Assembly (NCBI GenBank): GCA_022797145.1
Contig: JAAWKA010000001.1
Span: forward strand, 125,745 to 189,744
Direction of reading: 5' to 3'
Source of the DNA: Clostridia bacterium
Lineage (GTDB): Bacteria > Bacillota > Clostridia > TANB77 > CAG-508
DNA: 64,000 bases
Shown here: one piece after another, positions 10,715-25,200 of the stretch
Layout of the letters: each line of letters begins with the position of its first letter
Numbering within the stretch: the stretch's first letter is position 1
The notes under the pieces: model-generated
What the model was told of the DNA's origin: nothing
The model's database searches: none
Seen by the model: only the letters and a program-made list of their open reading frames with translations
Translations under genes and position numbers: made by a program

Positions 10715-11236
10715 TTATTTAACTTCTTCTAACTCTGAACATTTAGATTTTTCTATATCTTTTAATTTTTCAAAAAATTTTTCCATTTTTTCTGTATATT
10801 TAAATCTAGTTTTTCCTTTCCTTATCATATCAAATAAATCCTCAAATGTTTCTAATTCTTCTGCTCTTTCAATTTCATTATTGGCTTTAATAATATTTAT
10901 ATTTATTTCATCTATATTTGATTCTACATAGATACAATATATTTCACATACAATATCTCTTTTCAACGCTGGATGATAAATTTTTATTATCCCAAGCTTA
11001 TGAACTTCCAAACTACTATATTTAGATATATTTAATTCTTCTTCTGCTTCCCTTCTTATTGCTAAATATGGAATTTCAAATTTCTCTATATGTCCTGAAA
11101 GTAAATCATTCATCCCTGAATCTAACTTTAAATCTTTTTTTCTTTTTAATATAACTGGTTTAGCTTCTTTATTTATTATAAAAGATGTTACAAATTGTGG
11201 TTTTTCTTCTTCTGCATTATTTAATACTGTTTTCAA
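10715..11236 (-). CDS. NUDIX-box protein inserted between pgk and tpiA
   Basis: GHIEKFEIPYLAIRREAEEELNI fits GX5EX7REUXEEXGU except for the last G. TTG start with AAGGAG 8 nt upstream, 14 nt after the pgk stop. Confidence 0.55.
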   Translation of the reverse strand: MKTVLNNAEEEKPQFVTSFIINKEAKPVILKRKKDLKLDSGMNDLLSGHIEKFEIPYLAIRREAEEELNISKYSSLEVHKLGIIKIYHPALKRDIVCEIYCIYVESNIDEININIIKANNEIERAEELETFEDLFDMIRKGKTRFKYTEKMEKFFEKLKDIEKSKCSELEEVK

Positions 11237-11250
11237 AAGTCTTACTCCTT

Positions 11251-12438
11251 TTACTTATTTTCTAAACATTCAATTCCTGGTAATTTTTTTCCTTCTATAA
11301 ACTCTAGTGACGCTCCACCTCCAGTAGAAATATGAGTCATTTTGTCTGCAAGTCCTGCCTTTTCTACTGCTGCTGCTGAGTCTCCTCCGCCTATTATTGT
11401 TATTGTTTCAGTTAATTCTGATAATGTTTTTGCTATTTCATTTGTTCCTATTGCAAATTGTTCAAATTCAAACAGTCCTACTGGCCCATTCCATATCACA
11501 GTTTTAGCAGTTTTTAATTCTTTCTTAAAAATCTCTATTGTTTTTTCTCCTATATCGAATCCTTCCCAATCTTCTGGTATTTGTGTCCATTCTACAGTTT
11601 TTGATTCTGTATCTTTTTTAAATTCTTTTCCTATTTTTGTGTCTACTGGTAATACTAATTTTACACCTTTTTCCTTTGCTTTTTTCATTGCATTTAAGGC
11701 TAAATCCAATTTATCTTCTTCACATAGTGAATTTCCTACATTATATCCTTGTGCTTTAAAGAAGGTATATGCCATTGCACCTCCTATCATTAATGTATCT
11801 ACTTTTTCTAATAAACTATCTATTACTCCTATTTTATCTGATACTTTTGCACCTCCTAATATTGCTATAAACGGTCTTTCTGGATTTTCTAATGCTTTGC
11901 CTATGAAATTAAGCTCTTTTTCTATTAAAAATCCTGATACTGCTGGTAAATAATCTGCTATTCCTGCTGTTGATGCATGTGCTCTATGTGCTGTTCCAAA
12001 TGCATCATTTACATAAATTTCTGCAAGACTTGCTAGTTCTTTTGCAAATTCTGGATCATTTTTTTCTTCTCGTTTGTCAAATCTAATATTTTCTAATAAT
12101 ACAATTTCTCCTTCTTTCATTGTATCTACTAATTCTTTTGTATTTTTTCCAATTATATCATTTGCTAATTTAACTTCTTTTCCCAATAATCTTGAAAGCT
12201 CTTTTGCTACTGGTTCTAAAGAAAATTCTTTTTTTACCTCTCCTTTTGGTCTACCTAAGTGAGAACATAAAATTATTTTTGCATTATTTTGCAATAAATA
12301 TTTTATTGTTTCTAATGCTGCAACTATTCTTCTATTATCTGTAATATTTTTATTCTCATCTTGTGGAACATTAAAATCACATCTCACCAATACTTTTTTT
12401 CCTTTTAGTTCAATATCTTTTACAGTTTTTTTATTCAT
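11251..12438 (-). CDS. pgk: Phosphoglycerate kinase
   Basis: 395 aa with a conserved PGK sequence ([34 protein letters not shown]). Confidence 0.95.
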   Translation of the reverse strand: MNKKTVKDIELKGKKVLVRCDFNVPQDENKNITDNRRIVAALETIKYLLQNNAKIILCSHLGRPKGEVKKEFSLEPVAKELSRLLGKEVKLANDIIGKNTKELVDTMKEGEIVLLENIRFDKREEKNDPEFAKELASLAEIYVNDAFGTAHRAHASTAGIADYLPAVSGFLIEKELNFIGKALENPERPFIAILGGAKVSDKIGVIDSLLEKVDTLMIGGAMAYTFFKAQGYNVGNSLCEEDKLDLALNAMKKAKEKGVKLVLPVDTKIGKEFKKDTESKTVEWTQIPEDWEGFDIGEKTIEIFKKELKTAKTVIWNGPVGLFEFEQFAIGTNEIAKTLSELTETITIIGGGDSAAAVEKAGLADKMTHISTGGGASLEFIEGKKLPGIECLENK

Positions 12439-12563
12439 AATAAACCTCCCATTTCCTTTTATTTTATTATACCTGTATGAACCAAACTTTATGCAAAAGG
12501 TATATATATTGACATTTATATATTAAAAATCAATATATATACTTTTTGTATTGAAGCTACTGA

Positions 12564-12608
12564 AAGTTAGATGTAATTTACTTAGGTACTTTTTAAACAT
12601 CTAACTTC
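12564..12608 (-). other. Intercistronic stem-loop between gap and pgk (no U-tract)
   Basis: 11-bp perfect arms AAGTTAGATGT / ACATCTAACTT with a 23-nt loop. Confidence 0.35.
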
Positions 12609-12629
12609 CAATTCTTCTACATTTTTTCT

Positions 12630-13634
<1,005 letters not shown>

Positions 13635-13707
13635 TTAAATTCCTCCACTTCTGATACCTATGGTATCTATAAATTTTAGTCTATACAAGACTATCACAAT
13701 TCTATAT

Positions 13708-13737
13708 CAAAAAAGAATACTTTTCAAGTATTCTTCC
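13708..13737 (-). terminator. Intrinsic terminator after dnaJ
   Basis: Minus strand reads AAGAATACTT-GAA-AAGTATTCTT followed by TTTTGAT. Confidence 0.7.
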
Positions 13738-13763
13738 AATATTTTTAAATCTTTTTGATAATT

Positions 13764-14912
13764 TTATCCAAATATTCCTCGCCTTTTTACTGGTGGTTGT
13801 TCATTCATTGTTTTTGCAAGTTGTATTAAAAGTTCTCTTTGTTCTTTTGATAATCTTTTTGGAGTTTGTATTTCTACTGTAAATATAAAATCTCCTTCAT
13901 AATTTCTATTTACTGCTTTAAATCCTTTACCTCTTATTCTAAATCTTGTTCCTGTTTGTGTTCCTTCTGGTATTTTAAAAGTCTCAATCTTTCCATCTAC
14001 CATAGGCACTTTTATTTCTGCTCCTAATGTTGCTTGAGTAAAAGTTATTGGTATATCACATAATACATTATAGTCTTGTCTTGTATATACATTATGTCTT
14101 TTTATATGTACTGTTATGTATAAATCTCCTTTAGGACCTCCCTTTGTTCCTGGAGCACCTTCTCCTCTTAACACTACTGTTTGATTTTCATCTATTCCCT
14201 GTGGTATTTTTACTGTTATTCTAGCTTGTTTTCTGACAGTACCCTTTCCTCTACATGTTTCACATGGTTCTTTTATAATTTTTCCTTCTCCATGACAATT
14301 AGTACATGTTCTTGTTGTTTGCATTTGTCCAAGTATCGTTGTTTGTACCTGTCTTATTTGCCCTGTTCCATGGCACATAGAACAAGTTTCTACTTTGCTT
14401 CCTACTTTTGCTCCTGTTCCATGGCATGTATTGCAGGTATCATCACGATTAATAGATATCTCTTTTTGTGTTCCTAAATAGGATTCCTCAAAAGTAATCT
14501 CCATATTGTAATGTAGATCTGCACCTTTGGTTGGTCCATTATTTGAGGTTTTTGAACTTCTGTTTCCTCCAAATCCACCTCCAAAGAAAGATGAAAAAAT
14601 ATCTCCTAAATCTCCCATATCAAAACCATCAAATCCTGAAGTATATGAATAATATCCTCCTTGTCCTCCTCCAAAACCTTGTGGCCCTTCATGCCCAAAC
14701 TGGTCATACATTCTCCTTTTTTGAGGATCTGATAAGTTTTCATAAGCTTCATTTACTTCTTTAAACTTTGCTTCTGCTTCTTTTTTATTATCTGGATTTG
14801 CATCTGGATGATATTTTTTTGCAAGCTTTCTATATGCTTTTTTTAGTTCTTCCTCAGTTGCACTTTTATTTACTCCAAGAACTTCATAATAATCTCTTTT
14901 TTGTTCTGCCAT
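13764..14912 (-). CDS. dnaJ: Chaperone DnaJ
   Basis: J-domain (DYYEVLGV...KKYHPD), G/F region and four CxxCxGxG zinc motifs. Start at the ATG with GGAGG 6 nt upstream. Confidence 0.95.
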   Translation of the reverse strand: MAEQKRDYYEVLGVNKSATEEELKKAYRKLAKKYHPDANPDNKKEAEAKFKEVNEAYENLSDPQKRRMYDQFGHEGPQGFGGGQGGYYSYTSGFDGFDMGDLGDIFSSFFGGGFGGNRSSKTSNNGPTKGADLHYNMEITFEESYLGTQKEISINRDDTCNTCHGTGAKVGSKVETCSMCHGTGQIRQVQTTILGQMQTTRTCTNCHGEGKIIKEPCETCRGKGTVRKQARITVKIPQGIDENQTVVLRGEGAPGTKGGPKGDLYITVHIKRHNVYTRQDYNVLCDIPITFTQATLGAEIKVPMVDGKIETFKIPEGTQTGTRFRIRGKGFKAVNRNYEGDFIFTVEIQTPKRLSKEQRELLIQLAKTMNEQPPVKRRGIFG

Positions 14913-14951
14913 TTTTTCCTCCAATATCTATTTATAAGTATTTTGAAGAGA

Positions 14952-14980
14952 TTGGAGGTTAGTTTTTGTCTAACCTCCAA
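14952..14980. other. dnaK-dnaJ intercistronic hairpin
   Basis: TTGGAGGTTAG-TTTTTGT-CTAACCTCCAA, an 11-bp GC-containing stem with no clear U-tract. Confidence 0.5.
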
Positions 14981-14991
14981 CTTCAACTATT

Positions 14992-16869
<1,878 letters not shown>

Positions 16870-16988
16870 TTATTATTCATATATACAATTTAAAATTGCA
16901 TAATTTATTTATTTTTTGTTTATCTAAGATAGATATTTTTTGTCTTTTGTTAATATATATAACCATGTAATAGTTTTTTATATCTCCA

Positions 16989-17483
16989 TTAATTTGCAAC
17001 TACAACCATTGAATGACGTATTACTTTGTCTCCAATTTTATAACCTTTTCTAAATTCCTCTTTTATTTGCTTTTCTCCTAAAGTATCATCTTGTACACTA
17101 CTTACAGCTTCATGATATTCTGGATTAAAAGTTTCTCCTATAGTTTTAATTTGTTCTACTCCTAAATTTAATAATGTTTCTGTAAACTGCTTTAGAACCA
17201 TTTCCACCCCTTGTTTGTAATTGTTATCTTGTGTTTCAACACTTACTGCTTTTTCTAGATTATCTAATATAGGTAAAATAGATGTTACTATTTGTGCTAT
17301 CAAGGAATTATACATTCCTTCTCTTTCTTTTAAACTTCTTTTTTTAAAATTATCAAATTCTGCCATTATTCTTTTATATCTATCTGTTGTATCTTCTAAT
17401 TCTTGTTTTACTTTTGTAATTTCATCTTCTTGTTTATTATCTATTTCTTGTTTTTCCAATTCTTGCTCTTTATTTTCTTCCAT
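16989..17483 (-). CDS. grpE: Nucleotide exchange factor GrpE
   Basis: Position in the hrcA-grpE-dnaK operon, acidic coiled-coil N-terminus, and RxxAEFDNFKKR motif. Confidence 0.9.
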   Translation of the reverse strand: MEENKEQELEKQEIDNKQEDEITKVKQELEDTTDRYKRIMAEFDNFKKRSLKEREGMYNSLIAQIVTSILPILDNLEKAVSVETQDNNYKQGVEMVLKQFTETLLNLGVEQIKTIGETFNPEYHEAVSSVQDDTLGEKQIKEEFRKGYKIGDKVIRHSMVVVAN

Positions 17484-17507
17484 ATTTTTCCCCTCTCTAA
17501 TTTTATT

Positions 17508-18518
17508 TTACATATCTTTTTCCTGCATTTTTTTGCTAATGTATTTCATAACAGATATTACCTTGGAATAATCCATTCTTTTTGGCCCTATAATTCCTAT
17601 TGTTCCTAATTCCTTATCTCCTACTAGATGTTTAAAAGTTACTATACTAAAGTCTTTTAGTTTTTCATTGTCATTTTCTTCTCCTATATATACATTTATA
17701 TCTTTTGCTACTCCTGAATTTAGCATATCTAATACAATTTCTTTAGTATCTAACACATTTACAAAATTTTTTGCTATTTCTAAACTTTTAAATTCTGGTA
17801 AATCAAATGCTTTTGTTGTTCCTTCTAAATATATATTTTCTTGCTCTTCTATAACTTTATTTATTTGTTCTATAATTGGTTTTATTACTTCTATACTATA
17901 TGTTATTTCTGAATATATATATTCTTCCATTGGTTTGTCTATTTTATTTAATGGCTTTCCTCGTAATTTACTATTAAATAAACTGTTTAATGTTTCTACT
18001 TGATTTTGATTAATATCTTCATCATACTTTATTATTGTTTCTTTTACCAAACCAGTGTCTGTTACAATAACTATCATTAACATTCTACTACCTAATAGTA
18101 TAAATTTTATTTCTTCTATTATCTGCCTTTCTGTTTTTGGGCCTATGGCAACTGTTGTATAATGTGTTATTTCTGATAATGTAGATGTAGCAATTTTTGT
18201 TAAATCTTCTATTTCATTCACTCTTGTTTCTAATTTATTTTGTATATATTTAATTTCGTCTAGTGAAATATTGTCTTCCTTAATTAATTCATCTACATAG
18301 AAACGATATCCTTTTTCAGATGGTATTCGTCCTGATGAGGTATGTGTTTTGTCTAAGTAGCCATTATTCTCTAATTCTGCTAATTCATTTCTAACTGTTG
18401 CACTACTATACTCTAATCCATATTTTTTTACAAGTGTTCCTGAACTTACTGGCTCTGCTGTATTTATATATTCATCTATAACTGCTTGTAAAATCTTTTT
18501 TTTTCTGCTGTCTAGCAT
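17508..18518 (-). CDS. hrcA: Heat-inducible transcription repressor HrcA
   Basis: Winged-helix N-terminus (RKKKILQAVIDEYINTAEPVSS...TVRNELAELE). ATG 18518 is preceded by GAGAGGTG. Confidence 0.9.
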   Translation of the reverse strand: MLDSRKKKILQAVIDEYINTAEPVSSGTLVKKYGLEYSSATVRNELAELENNGYLDKTHTSSGRIPSEKGYRFYVDELIKEDNISLDEIKYIQNKLETRVNEIEDLTKIATSTLSEITHYTTVAIGPKTERQIIEEIKFILLGSRMLMIVIVTDTGLVKETIIKYDEDINQNQVETLNSLFNSKLRGKPLNKIDKPMEEYIYSEITYSIEVIKPIIEQINKVIEEQENIYLEGTTKAFDLPEFKSLEIAKNFVNVLDTKEIVLDMLNSGVAKDINVYIGEENDNEKLKDFSIVTFKHLVGDKELGTIGIIGPKRMDYSKVISVMKYISKKMQEKDM

Positions 18519-18533
18519 ATTACTCACCTCTCA

Positions 18534-18560
18534 TTAGCACTTTATAAACAAGACTGCTAA
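18534..18560. promoter_or_regulatory. CIRCE operator (HrcA binding site)
   Basis: TTAGCACTT-N9-GACTGCTAA compared with the consensus TTAGCACTC-N9-GAGTGCTAA. Lies immediately upstream of hrcA. Confidence 0.85.
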
Positions 18561-18637
18561 TTTCTTTTAATATATTATATCCATTTTTAGCAAATGTCAA
18601 TACAGTTTGCTAAAATATTTTGTGAATTTTTTGTGAC

Positions 18638-19789
18638 TCATATAAACTTTTCCCAAACTATATTTGCAAAGTCTAGTCCTTTTTTTGTCAGTCTAATATT
18701 ATTTAAATCTATTTCTATCAAGTCTTTTTGTACCAATTCATTTAATTCATTTCTATATAAATATATCGGATTTTGTATAAATTTTTGTTTAAAGTTTTCA
18801 ATATTTATTCCTTCTAGCTTCCTTAATCCTAATAAAAAGTATTCTTTTTGTTCTTCTTCTTTTGTTTGTATTTCATGTATTGTTCTTAATTTAGATTTTT
18901 TAATTTCTTCTATATCCTTTATGTCTTTTAATGTATTTATGTATTCTTCTATATTGGTAGTATTAGAATATCTAATTTTATTTATATATGAATGTGCTGC
19001 AACTCCCAATCCTATATATTCTTTTTGCTCCCAACAATTCATATTATGTTTTGAATAACATCCTGTTTTTGCAAAATTTGATATTTCATAATGTATATAT
19101 TTATTGCTTTCTAATATCTGTTTTGTTCTCCAATACATTTGTCTTTCTAATTTTTCATCTACTAATTTTATTTCTTTGTTTCTTACTGATTTATATAGTA
19201 TTGTATCCTCTTCTAAAATTAAAGAATATATTGATATATGTTCTGGAGCTAACTTTACTATCTTTTTTACTGATTCTTCTAATATGTCAATGGTTTGATT
19301 TGGTAATGCTTGTATTAAATCTACATTAATATTATTAAACCCTACATTTCTTGCCTCCTCATAAGTTTTTAAAAACGTTTCATATGTATGAATTCTTCCT
19401 ATTTGTTTTAATAATTTATTATTCGTAGATTGTAAGCCTATACTCAATCTATTAATTCCTACCTCTAAATAATCTCTTAATTTTTCTTTATTAACTGTTC
19501 CAGGATTTATTTCAATACTTATTTGTACATCTTGTTGTATGTTATATTCTTTCAATTTATTCATTATTTCTTTTATGTATTTACTTTCAATACAAGATGG
19601 TGTTCCTCCCCCTATGTAGATTGTATCTATACTATAGTTTTTTTTGTATATCGTTAGCTCTATTTCTTTTTTTAAAGCTTTTATATACTCTTTTACTTTT
19701 TCTAATTTATCTACATATGATATAAAGTCACAATAGTAACATTTGTGTACACAAAATGGTATATGTATATAAATTCCTAATTGTTTCAA
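18638..19789 (-). CDS. hemW: Radical SAM heme chaperone HemW (HemN-like)
   Basis: IHIPFCVHKCYYCDF (CxxxCxxC) and the usual position upstream of hrcA. Confidence 0.85.
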   Translation of the reverse strand: MKQLGIYIHIPFCVHKCYYCDFISYVDKLEKVKEYIKALKKEIELTIYKKNYSIDTIYIGGGTPSCIESKYIKEIMNKLKEYNIQQDVQISIEINPGTVNKEKLRDYLEVGINRLSIGLQSTNNKLLKQIGRIHTYETFLKTYEEARNVGFNNINVDLIQALPNQTIDILEESVKKIVKLAPEHISIYSLILEEDTILYKSVRNKEIKLVDEKLERQMYWRTKQILESNKYIHYEISNFAKTGCYSKHNMNCWEQKEYIGLGVAAHSYINKIRYSNTTNIEEYINTLKDIKDIEEIKKSKLRTIHEIQTKEEEQKEYFLLGLRKLEGINIENFKQKFIQNPIYLYRNELNELVQKDLIEIDLNNIRLTKKGLDFANIVWEKFI

Positions 19790-19819
19790 TTTCTACTCCT
19801 TTTATATTAAACTATTTGT

Positions 19820-20710
19820 TTAATGTTTCTTTTTTAATTCTTGTGCCATTTCACATATCTTTTTCAATCTATGATTTACTCCTGATTTTCCTATAGGCTC
19901 TTTCAACATCTGTCCTAATTGTGTTAAAGTTGCTGATGAATTTTTTATTCTTAAATTTGCTATTTCTTTTAAATTATCATTTAATTTGTTAAATTGCTTT
20001 TTTTCTTTTAAATATTTTATCGCATTAACTTGTTCTACTGCTGCATTAATTGTTTTATTCAGATTCGCTGTTTCACAGTTTACCAATCTGTTTACATTAT
20101 TTCTTGTTTGTCTCAAAACTCTTATTTCTTCAAATGACAAAACTGCTCTATTGGCTCCTATAAAGGCTAAATATTTTGAAATTTCTTCAGCTTCTTTTAT
20201 ATATATCAAAAAGTTCTTTTTTCTTTTTAATGTTTTTACTTGTATATTATAATTTTTTAATATTTTTACAATAAAATCTAAATTTATTTTTGTGCTAAAT
20301 AATATTTCTAAATGATATTTACTATTAGGATCACTTATTGAACCTCCACCCAAAAATGTTCCTCTTACTATTGCTTTACTTTTTATTTCATCTTGTTTTT
20401 TTATTTCAAATATTGGCTTTATATTAATTTTATCTTTTATATATTCTAATATTTCAAAGTTTTGTTTTTTTAAGCTAATTGTATAAACTTTTCCTTGTAT
20501 ATCAATTTGATAATCAATATTTAAGTTTGTTAGAAGTTTATTAAATCTATTTATATTATACAAATTTTCTGTAGAATATTTTATTTTATTTTTTATTACT
20601 GTTGTATTTGTACTAATTAAATATCCAAAAAACTCCAATTTTAGAGCTTCTTTATTAGTTAGATTTGATAATTTACTTAATTCTTCTTTTATATTAGCTG
20701 AAAAAGACAT
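19820..20710 (-). CDS. whiA: Sporulation/cell-division regulator WhiA
   Basis: About 300 aa, with LAGLIDADG-like repeats and a C-terminal HTH (SGVNHRLKKI). Confidence 0.8.
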   Translation of the reverse strand: MSFSANIKEELSKLSNLTNKEALKLEFFGYLISTNTTVIKNKIKYSTENLYNINRFNKLLTNLNIDYQIDIQGKVYTISLKKQNFEILEYIKDKINIKPIFEIKKQDEIKSKAIVRGTFLGGGSISDPNSKYHLEILFSTKINLDFIVKILKNYNIQVKTLKRKKNFLIYIKEAEEISKYLAFIGANRAVLSFEEIRVLRQTRNNVNRLVNCETANLNKTINAAVEQVNAIKYLKEKKQFNKLNDNLKEIANLRIKNSSATLTQLGQMLKEPIGKSGVNHRLKKICEMAQELKKKH

Positions 20711-20731
20711 ATTTCTCTCCTAAAACATTTT

Positions 20732-21577
20732 TTAATTTCTCTTTGCTATTATTATTCTGTCATTTCCTCCTAAATCTTTCTTTGAATATATTTTATTATA
20801 CATTCTTGTTTCTTGTAGCAAGTTTATCACTTCTTCTTTCTGATTGTATCCAATCTCTAAGCATAAGTAACCATTTTTTTTTATAAATTTATAAGCTTCT
20901 TTCTGAATAATTTTATAGAATTTCAATCCATCTTCTCCACCATCTAAGGCAAGTTTTGGTTCATTTATTACTTCTTTTTGTAAATTCTTTATTTCATTAC
21001 TTTTTATATATGGTGGATTTGATACTATTATATCAAAATCTTTTCTTAGATTTTGGAACATGTTTTGGTTTATGAATTCTATATTTCTTATATTATTTCG
21101 TTTTGCATTTTGTTTTGATATCTTTAGTGCCTCTTCACTTATATCTAGTAATGAGATATGTGTATTTTTTGTATACTTTGAAATAGCTATACCAATAGCT
21201 CCACTTCCTGTGCATAAATCTAATATCTCACATTTATCTGGATATTGTAGGTTACATATTTGTATTACTTCTTCTACTAATATTTCTGTATCTGCTCTTG
21301 GGATTAAAACATTCTCATTGACATATAGGTCTAATTTCATAAATTCTTGATGATTTGTTATGTATTGAAGTGGTTGCTTTTTTACTAACTGTTCTATTTT
21401 TCCTTTATATTCCCTTATTATATTATCTTCTAAAATTCTATTTTCTTGTAATATAAGCTCTTCTTTAGTTATATTTAAAATACTTGAAAGTATTATTCTT
21501 GCTTTTAATATTGGAGATTCAATCTTTTGTTCTTTTAAAGTTTTAATTTCTTGTCTTAATATTTCTTGGACTGTCAT
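20732..21577 (-). CDS. prmC: Release-factor glutamine N5-methyltransferase
   Basis: SAM motif LDLCTGSGAIG and catalytic NPPY (VSNPPYI). Confidence 0.85.
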   Translation of the reverse strand: MTVQEILRQEIKTLKEQKIESPILKARIILSSILNITKEELILQENRILEDNIIREYKGKIEQLVKKQPLQYITNHQEFMKLDLYVNENVLIPRADTEILVEEVIQICNLQYPDKCEILDLCTGSGAIGIAISKYTKNTHISLLDISEEALKISKQNAKRNNIRNIEFINQNMFQNLRKDFDIIVSNPPYIKSNEIKNLQKEVINEPKLALDGGEDGLKFYKIIQKEAYKFIKKNGYLCLEIGYNQKEEVINLLQETRMYNKIYSKKDLGGNDRIIIAKRN

Positions 21578-21668
21578 TTCTATTTCTTCCTATCTATTTT
21601 CTCTTTTTGTAAATTTTAACATAAAACAAAAAAAAGTCAATTTCCTTATTAGAAAATTGACTCTCTTA

Positions 21669-22145
21669 CTATCCAAAGAAACATAAAAACACTACTGTTG
21701 TAAGAAGTATAGTAAATTTCATATCATCACTCATAAACTGTTCTTTTGTTACTTCTTCTTGTATATAATCTATTACATCTATTTTTGCATATGCAACATC
21801 TGTATATCTAAATCCGATTTTAAATTCACACATTTCTCCTTGTTTCCAATTTTTTAATTCTATATATTTAGTTCCTAATACAATATTTCTTGGTGAATAA
21901 AAATCAATTTTTATATATTTTGTTTCTTCATTTGCATTTATATTTTTTATATTTCCTCCTATATATCCATTTACATATGTTGCTTTTGCTTGTGTCATTT
22001 CTATTTCATACATATCTTTTTTAGTTACATATGAGGTAATTGGCTTATATGATGTTTTTATTGCTATTTCTATCATTACGTTTGAAAAAATAAAAAACAA
22101 TATTATTACTAATGCATATATTGCAAAGGTTTTCATTCTCTCCAT
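21669..22145 (-). CDS. Hypothetical membrane-anchored protein
   Basis: N- and C-terminal hydrophobic helices. No family recognised. Confidence 0.5.
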   Translation of the reverse strand: MERMKTFAIYALVIILFFIFSNVMIEIAIKTSYKPITSYVTKKDMYEIEMTQAKATYVNGYIGGNIKNINANEETKYIKIDFYSPRNIVLGTKYIELKNWKQGEMCEFKIGFRYTDVAYAKIDVIDYIQEEVTKEQFMSDDMKFTILLTTVVFLCFFG

Positions 22146-22245
22146 ATTTGTTTCCCCAATCTTATTTTCAAATTAATATACATAAATTATACTATACAGA
22201 TTAGTTTTTGTAAATATTTATGTAAATTTATTTTTTATTTTATTT

Positions 22246-25200
22246 TTAAATAACTTCTATGACTTCGTTCAAATATGTCGAATATATATATACCTTACTA
22301 ACTTTTGTTTGTAAAGCTTCTTCTAATGCTCTTTTATATAATAGTAATTGACTTTGATATTTATATATTAATTCATTTTTACCTTTTTTTATATAATCTG
22401 TTTTGTAATCTACTAATATAACTTCTCCATTTTTATCTATGTAATATAGGTCTATTACTCCTTGTACTAAAATTTTTTCTTCTATTTCTTCATTATATAT
22501 CTCTTTTGCAGGAATATTTATATAAAAAGGCTGTTCTTTATATATTTTTTTTGCTTTTTTTAAATCTTCCCATAATTTTGTTTTTGTATATTTTAATATT
22601 TTATCTATATCAATCTCATCTGCTTCTTTTTTTGTTATTAATTCTTTTTGTATTAATTGGTTTATTATATTTTGTATCTTTTCATAATCATATTCTTTAC
22701 TTTCATCTAATTTTTGTATACATAAGTGCATTAAAGTACCTATTCTTGCTTTGCTAGTTTCTTCCTCTTGTTTTAAAAATTTTGGTTTTAACATCTCTAT
22801 TTCATATCTATTCTTTTCTTCTACTTGCTCAGCTTGCTTTTGTTTCATTTCACTAACAGATGTTTTAGCTTCAATTTTTGATGCAAAATAATTTTTGTAA
22901 GTCCAATCTAATTTTTTTTGTATATCTTCTGATACTTTTTCATATTTCTTTGCTTTTTCTTCTATTTTTTCTATTATGTTTTCTGATTGTTTTTTGGTGA
23001 TATTGCTGGTTTCTATTATTTTATCGCTTTCTTGTATAAATATTTCCATAATTTTAGAGATTTCTTTTTTATTTTTTAAATATACAAGTTCTAACCAGTC
23101 TAAATAAGATTTGTATTTTTTTATTATGTTTGGATTAATGTTTTTTTCTTCATACATTTGTAATAATTCACCTTTTTTGTTTAGTTCTTCTTCTACATCT
23201 TTTGATATACCTGTTATTATTAATTTTTCTTTTGCTCTTGTTAAAGCAACATACAAAATTCTCATTTCTTCTGATATTGTTTCTATTTTTGTTTTATATG
23301 CTATTGCCTCTTTTGCTAGAGTATTATATTGTATACGTCTTTTATAGTTTATACATTTAGGTCCCAATCCTAGATCTTGATGTAATAATATATTGTCATT
23401 TAAGTCTTGCATGTTAAATTTCTTTGCTGTGCTTGATAGAAATACAACTGGAAATTCTAATCCTTTACTTTTATGAATACTCATAATTCTTACTACATTT
23501 TCATTTTCTCCAATTATTTTTGCAGAATCCATGTCAGAATTATTATTTTTTATCCTTTCTATAAAGTTTATAAAATCAAATAATCCTTTAAAACTTGCTT
23601 GTTCATATTGTTTTGCTTTATCAAATAACATTTTTAAATTTGCCTGTCTTAAATCTCCATTTGGCATAAGACTTACATAATTATAATATCCTGTATCATT
23701 ATATATTTTCCACAATAGCTCATCTAAAGGAATATATTCTTGTTGTTCTCTCCATATTTCTATATTCTCTAAAAATTTATTTATCTTATTTCTTAGTGGT
23801 TTTTCTACTTTTTGTCTTGCTTGTATTAATGTTTCATAAAAAGTCTGTTTTACTTTGTTGGTTTTCATCTTTATTTCAATTAATTCATTATCATCAAATC
23901 CTCCAATGCATGAACGTAATGCACTAACTAATGGTATGTCTTGTCTTGGATTATCTATTATTTTTAATATTGATATAATTGTTTGAATTTCTACTGTATC
24001 TAAATATTGTGTTCCTGTATCACTAAATACTGGTATTTCTAATTCATTCATTTCTTTTTCATAAATTGGGGCAAGTATTGATGTCGATCTTAATAGAATT
24101 ACAATATCTTTATATGTAATATCTCTATATCCTATCTTTTTATCATATACTTGATATTTGCTTTTTATTATATCTTTTATTTTTTTTGCAACAAATTTAG
24201 CTTCTAATTCTACATTCTCTATAATTTCTATTTCTTCTTGTTCCTCTGCTTTTTTCTTTAAGTCTATAATATGTAGCTCTGTTTTCCCAGCATAATTCAT
24301 TTGTCTTTTTGGTGTTTTGTAATCTGAACCTAAGTTCAGATATTCTTCTTTATTATATTCAATATCCCCTAAGGTTTTACTCATAATACTTTCAAATATT
24401 AAATTTGTTATATCTAATATATTTTGTCTACTTCTAAAGTTTTTAAATAATTGAATTTTTAGGTTATCTTTTTCTTTCTGTTCTTCTTTTATTTTATAAG
24501 TTTCATATTTTTTTATAAATAGTTCTGGTCTTGCTTGTCTAAACTTATATATACTCTGTTTTACATCCCCAACCATAAAAATATTATTTCCTCTTGATAT
24601 TGTTGATAATATATATTCTTGTACTAAATTGCTATCCTGGTATTCATCAATAGCTATTTCTTCAAAAACCTGCTGATATTTTTTTGCAATCTCTGTTTTT
24701 CCATATTTTCCTTCTTCATCTATTTTAAGTAATATTTTTAATGCAAAATGTTCAATATCATTGAAATCTATTATATTCTTTTCTTGTTTTTTTTGTGAAA
24801 ATTTTGTGCTAAACTTTAACACTATTTTCTTTATTATATTCAATATCTCATACATTTCATATATATCTTGATTTGCTGTTTTTGAATCAAATATCATAAT
24901 TTTTTCTTTTAGTTTATCAAAGTTCTTTTTTATTGTATCACGTTTTTGTTTTGCTATTTCCTTTTGTTCTATACTCACCTTTCTATCTATTGGCCATTTA
25001 TCAAATTGAAAGTTTATTATATTTTGGTAAGTTTCATCCCATAAGCTACAATTTTTTTTAATTTCTTCCATTTTTTCTCTATCTGAACATATTGTTTGAT
25101 AAAACTTCTCCAATTCGTTATACTTTTTTAAAATTTTTTCGATACTTTTTTGTTCAATTATTATAGCTGATATTTCATCCTCTACTGATTGTAACAAAAT

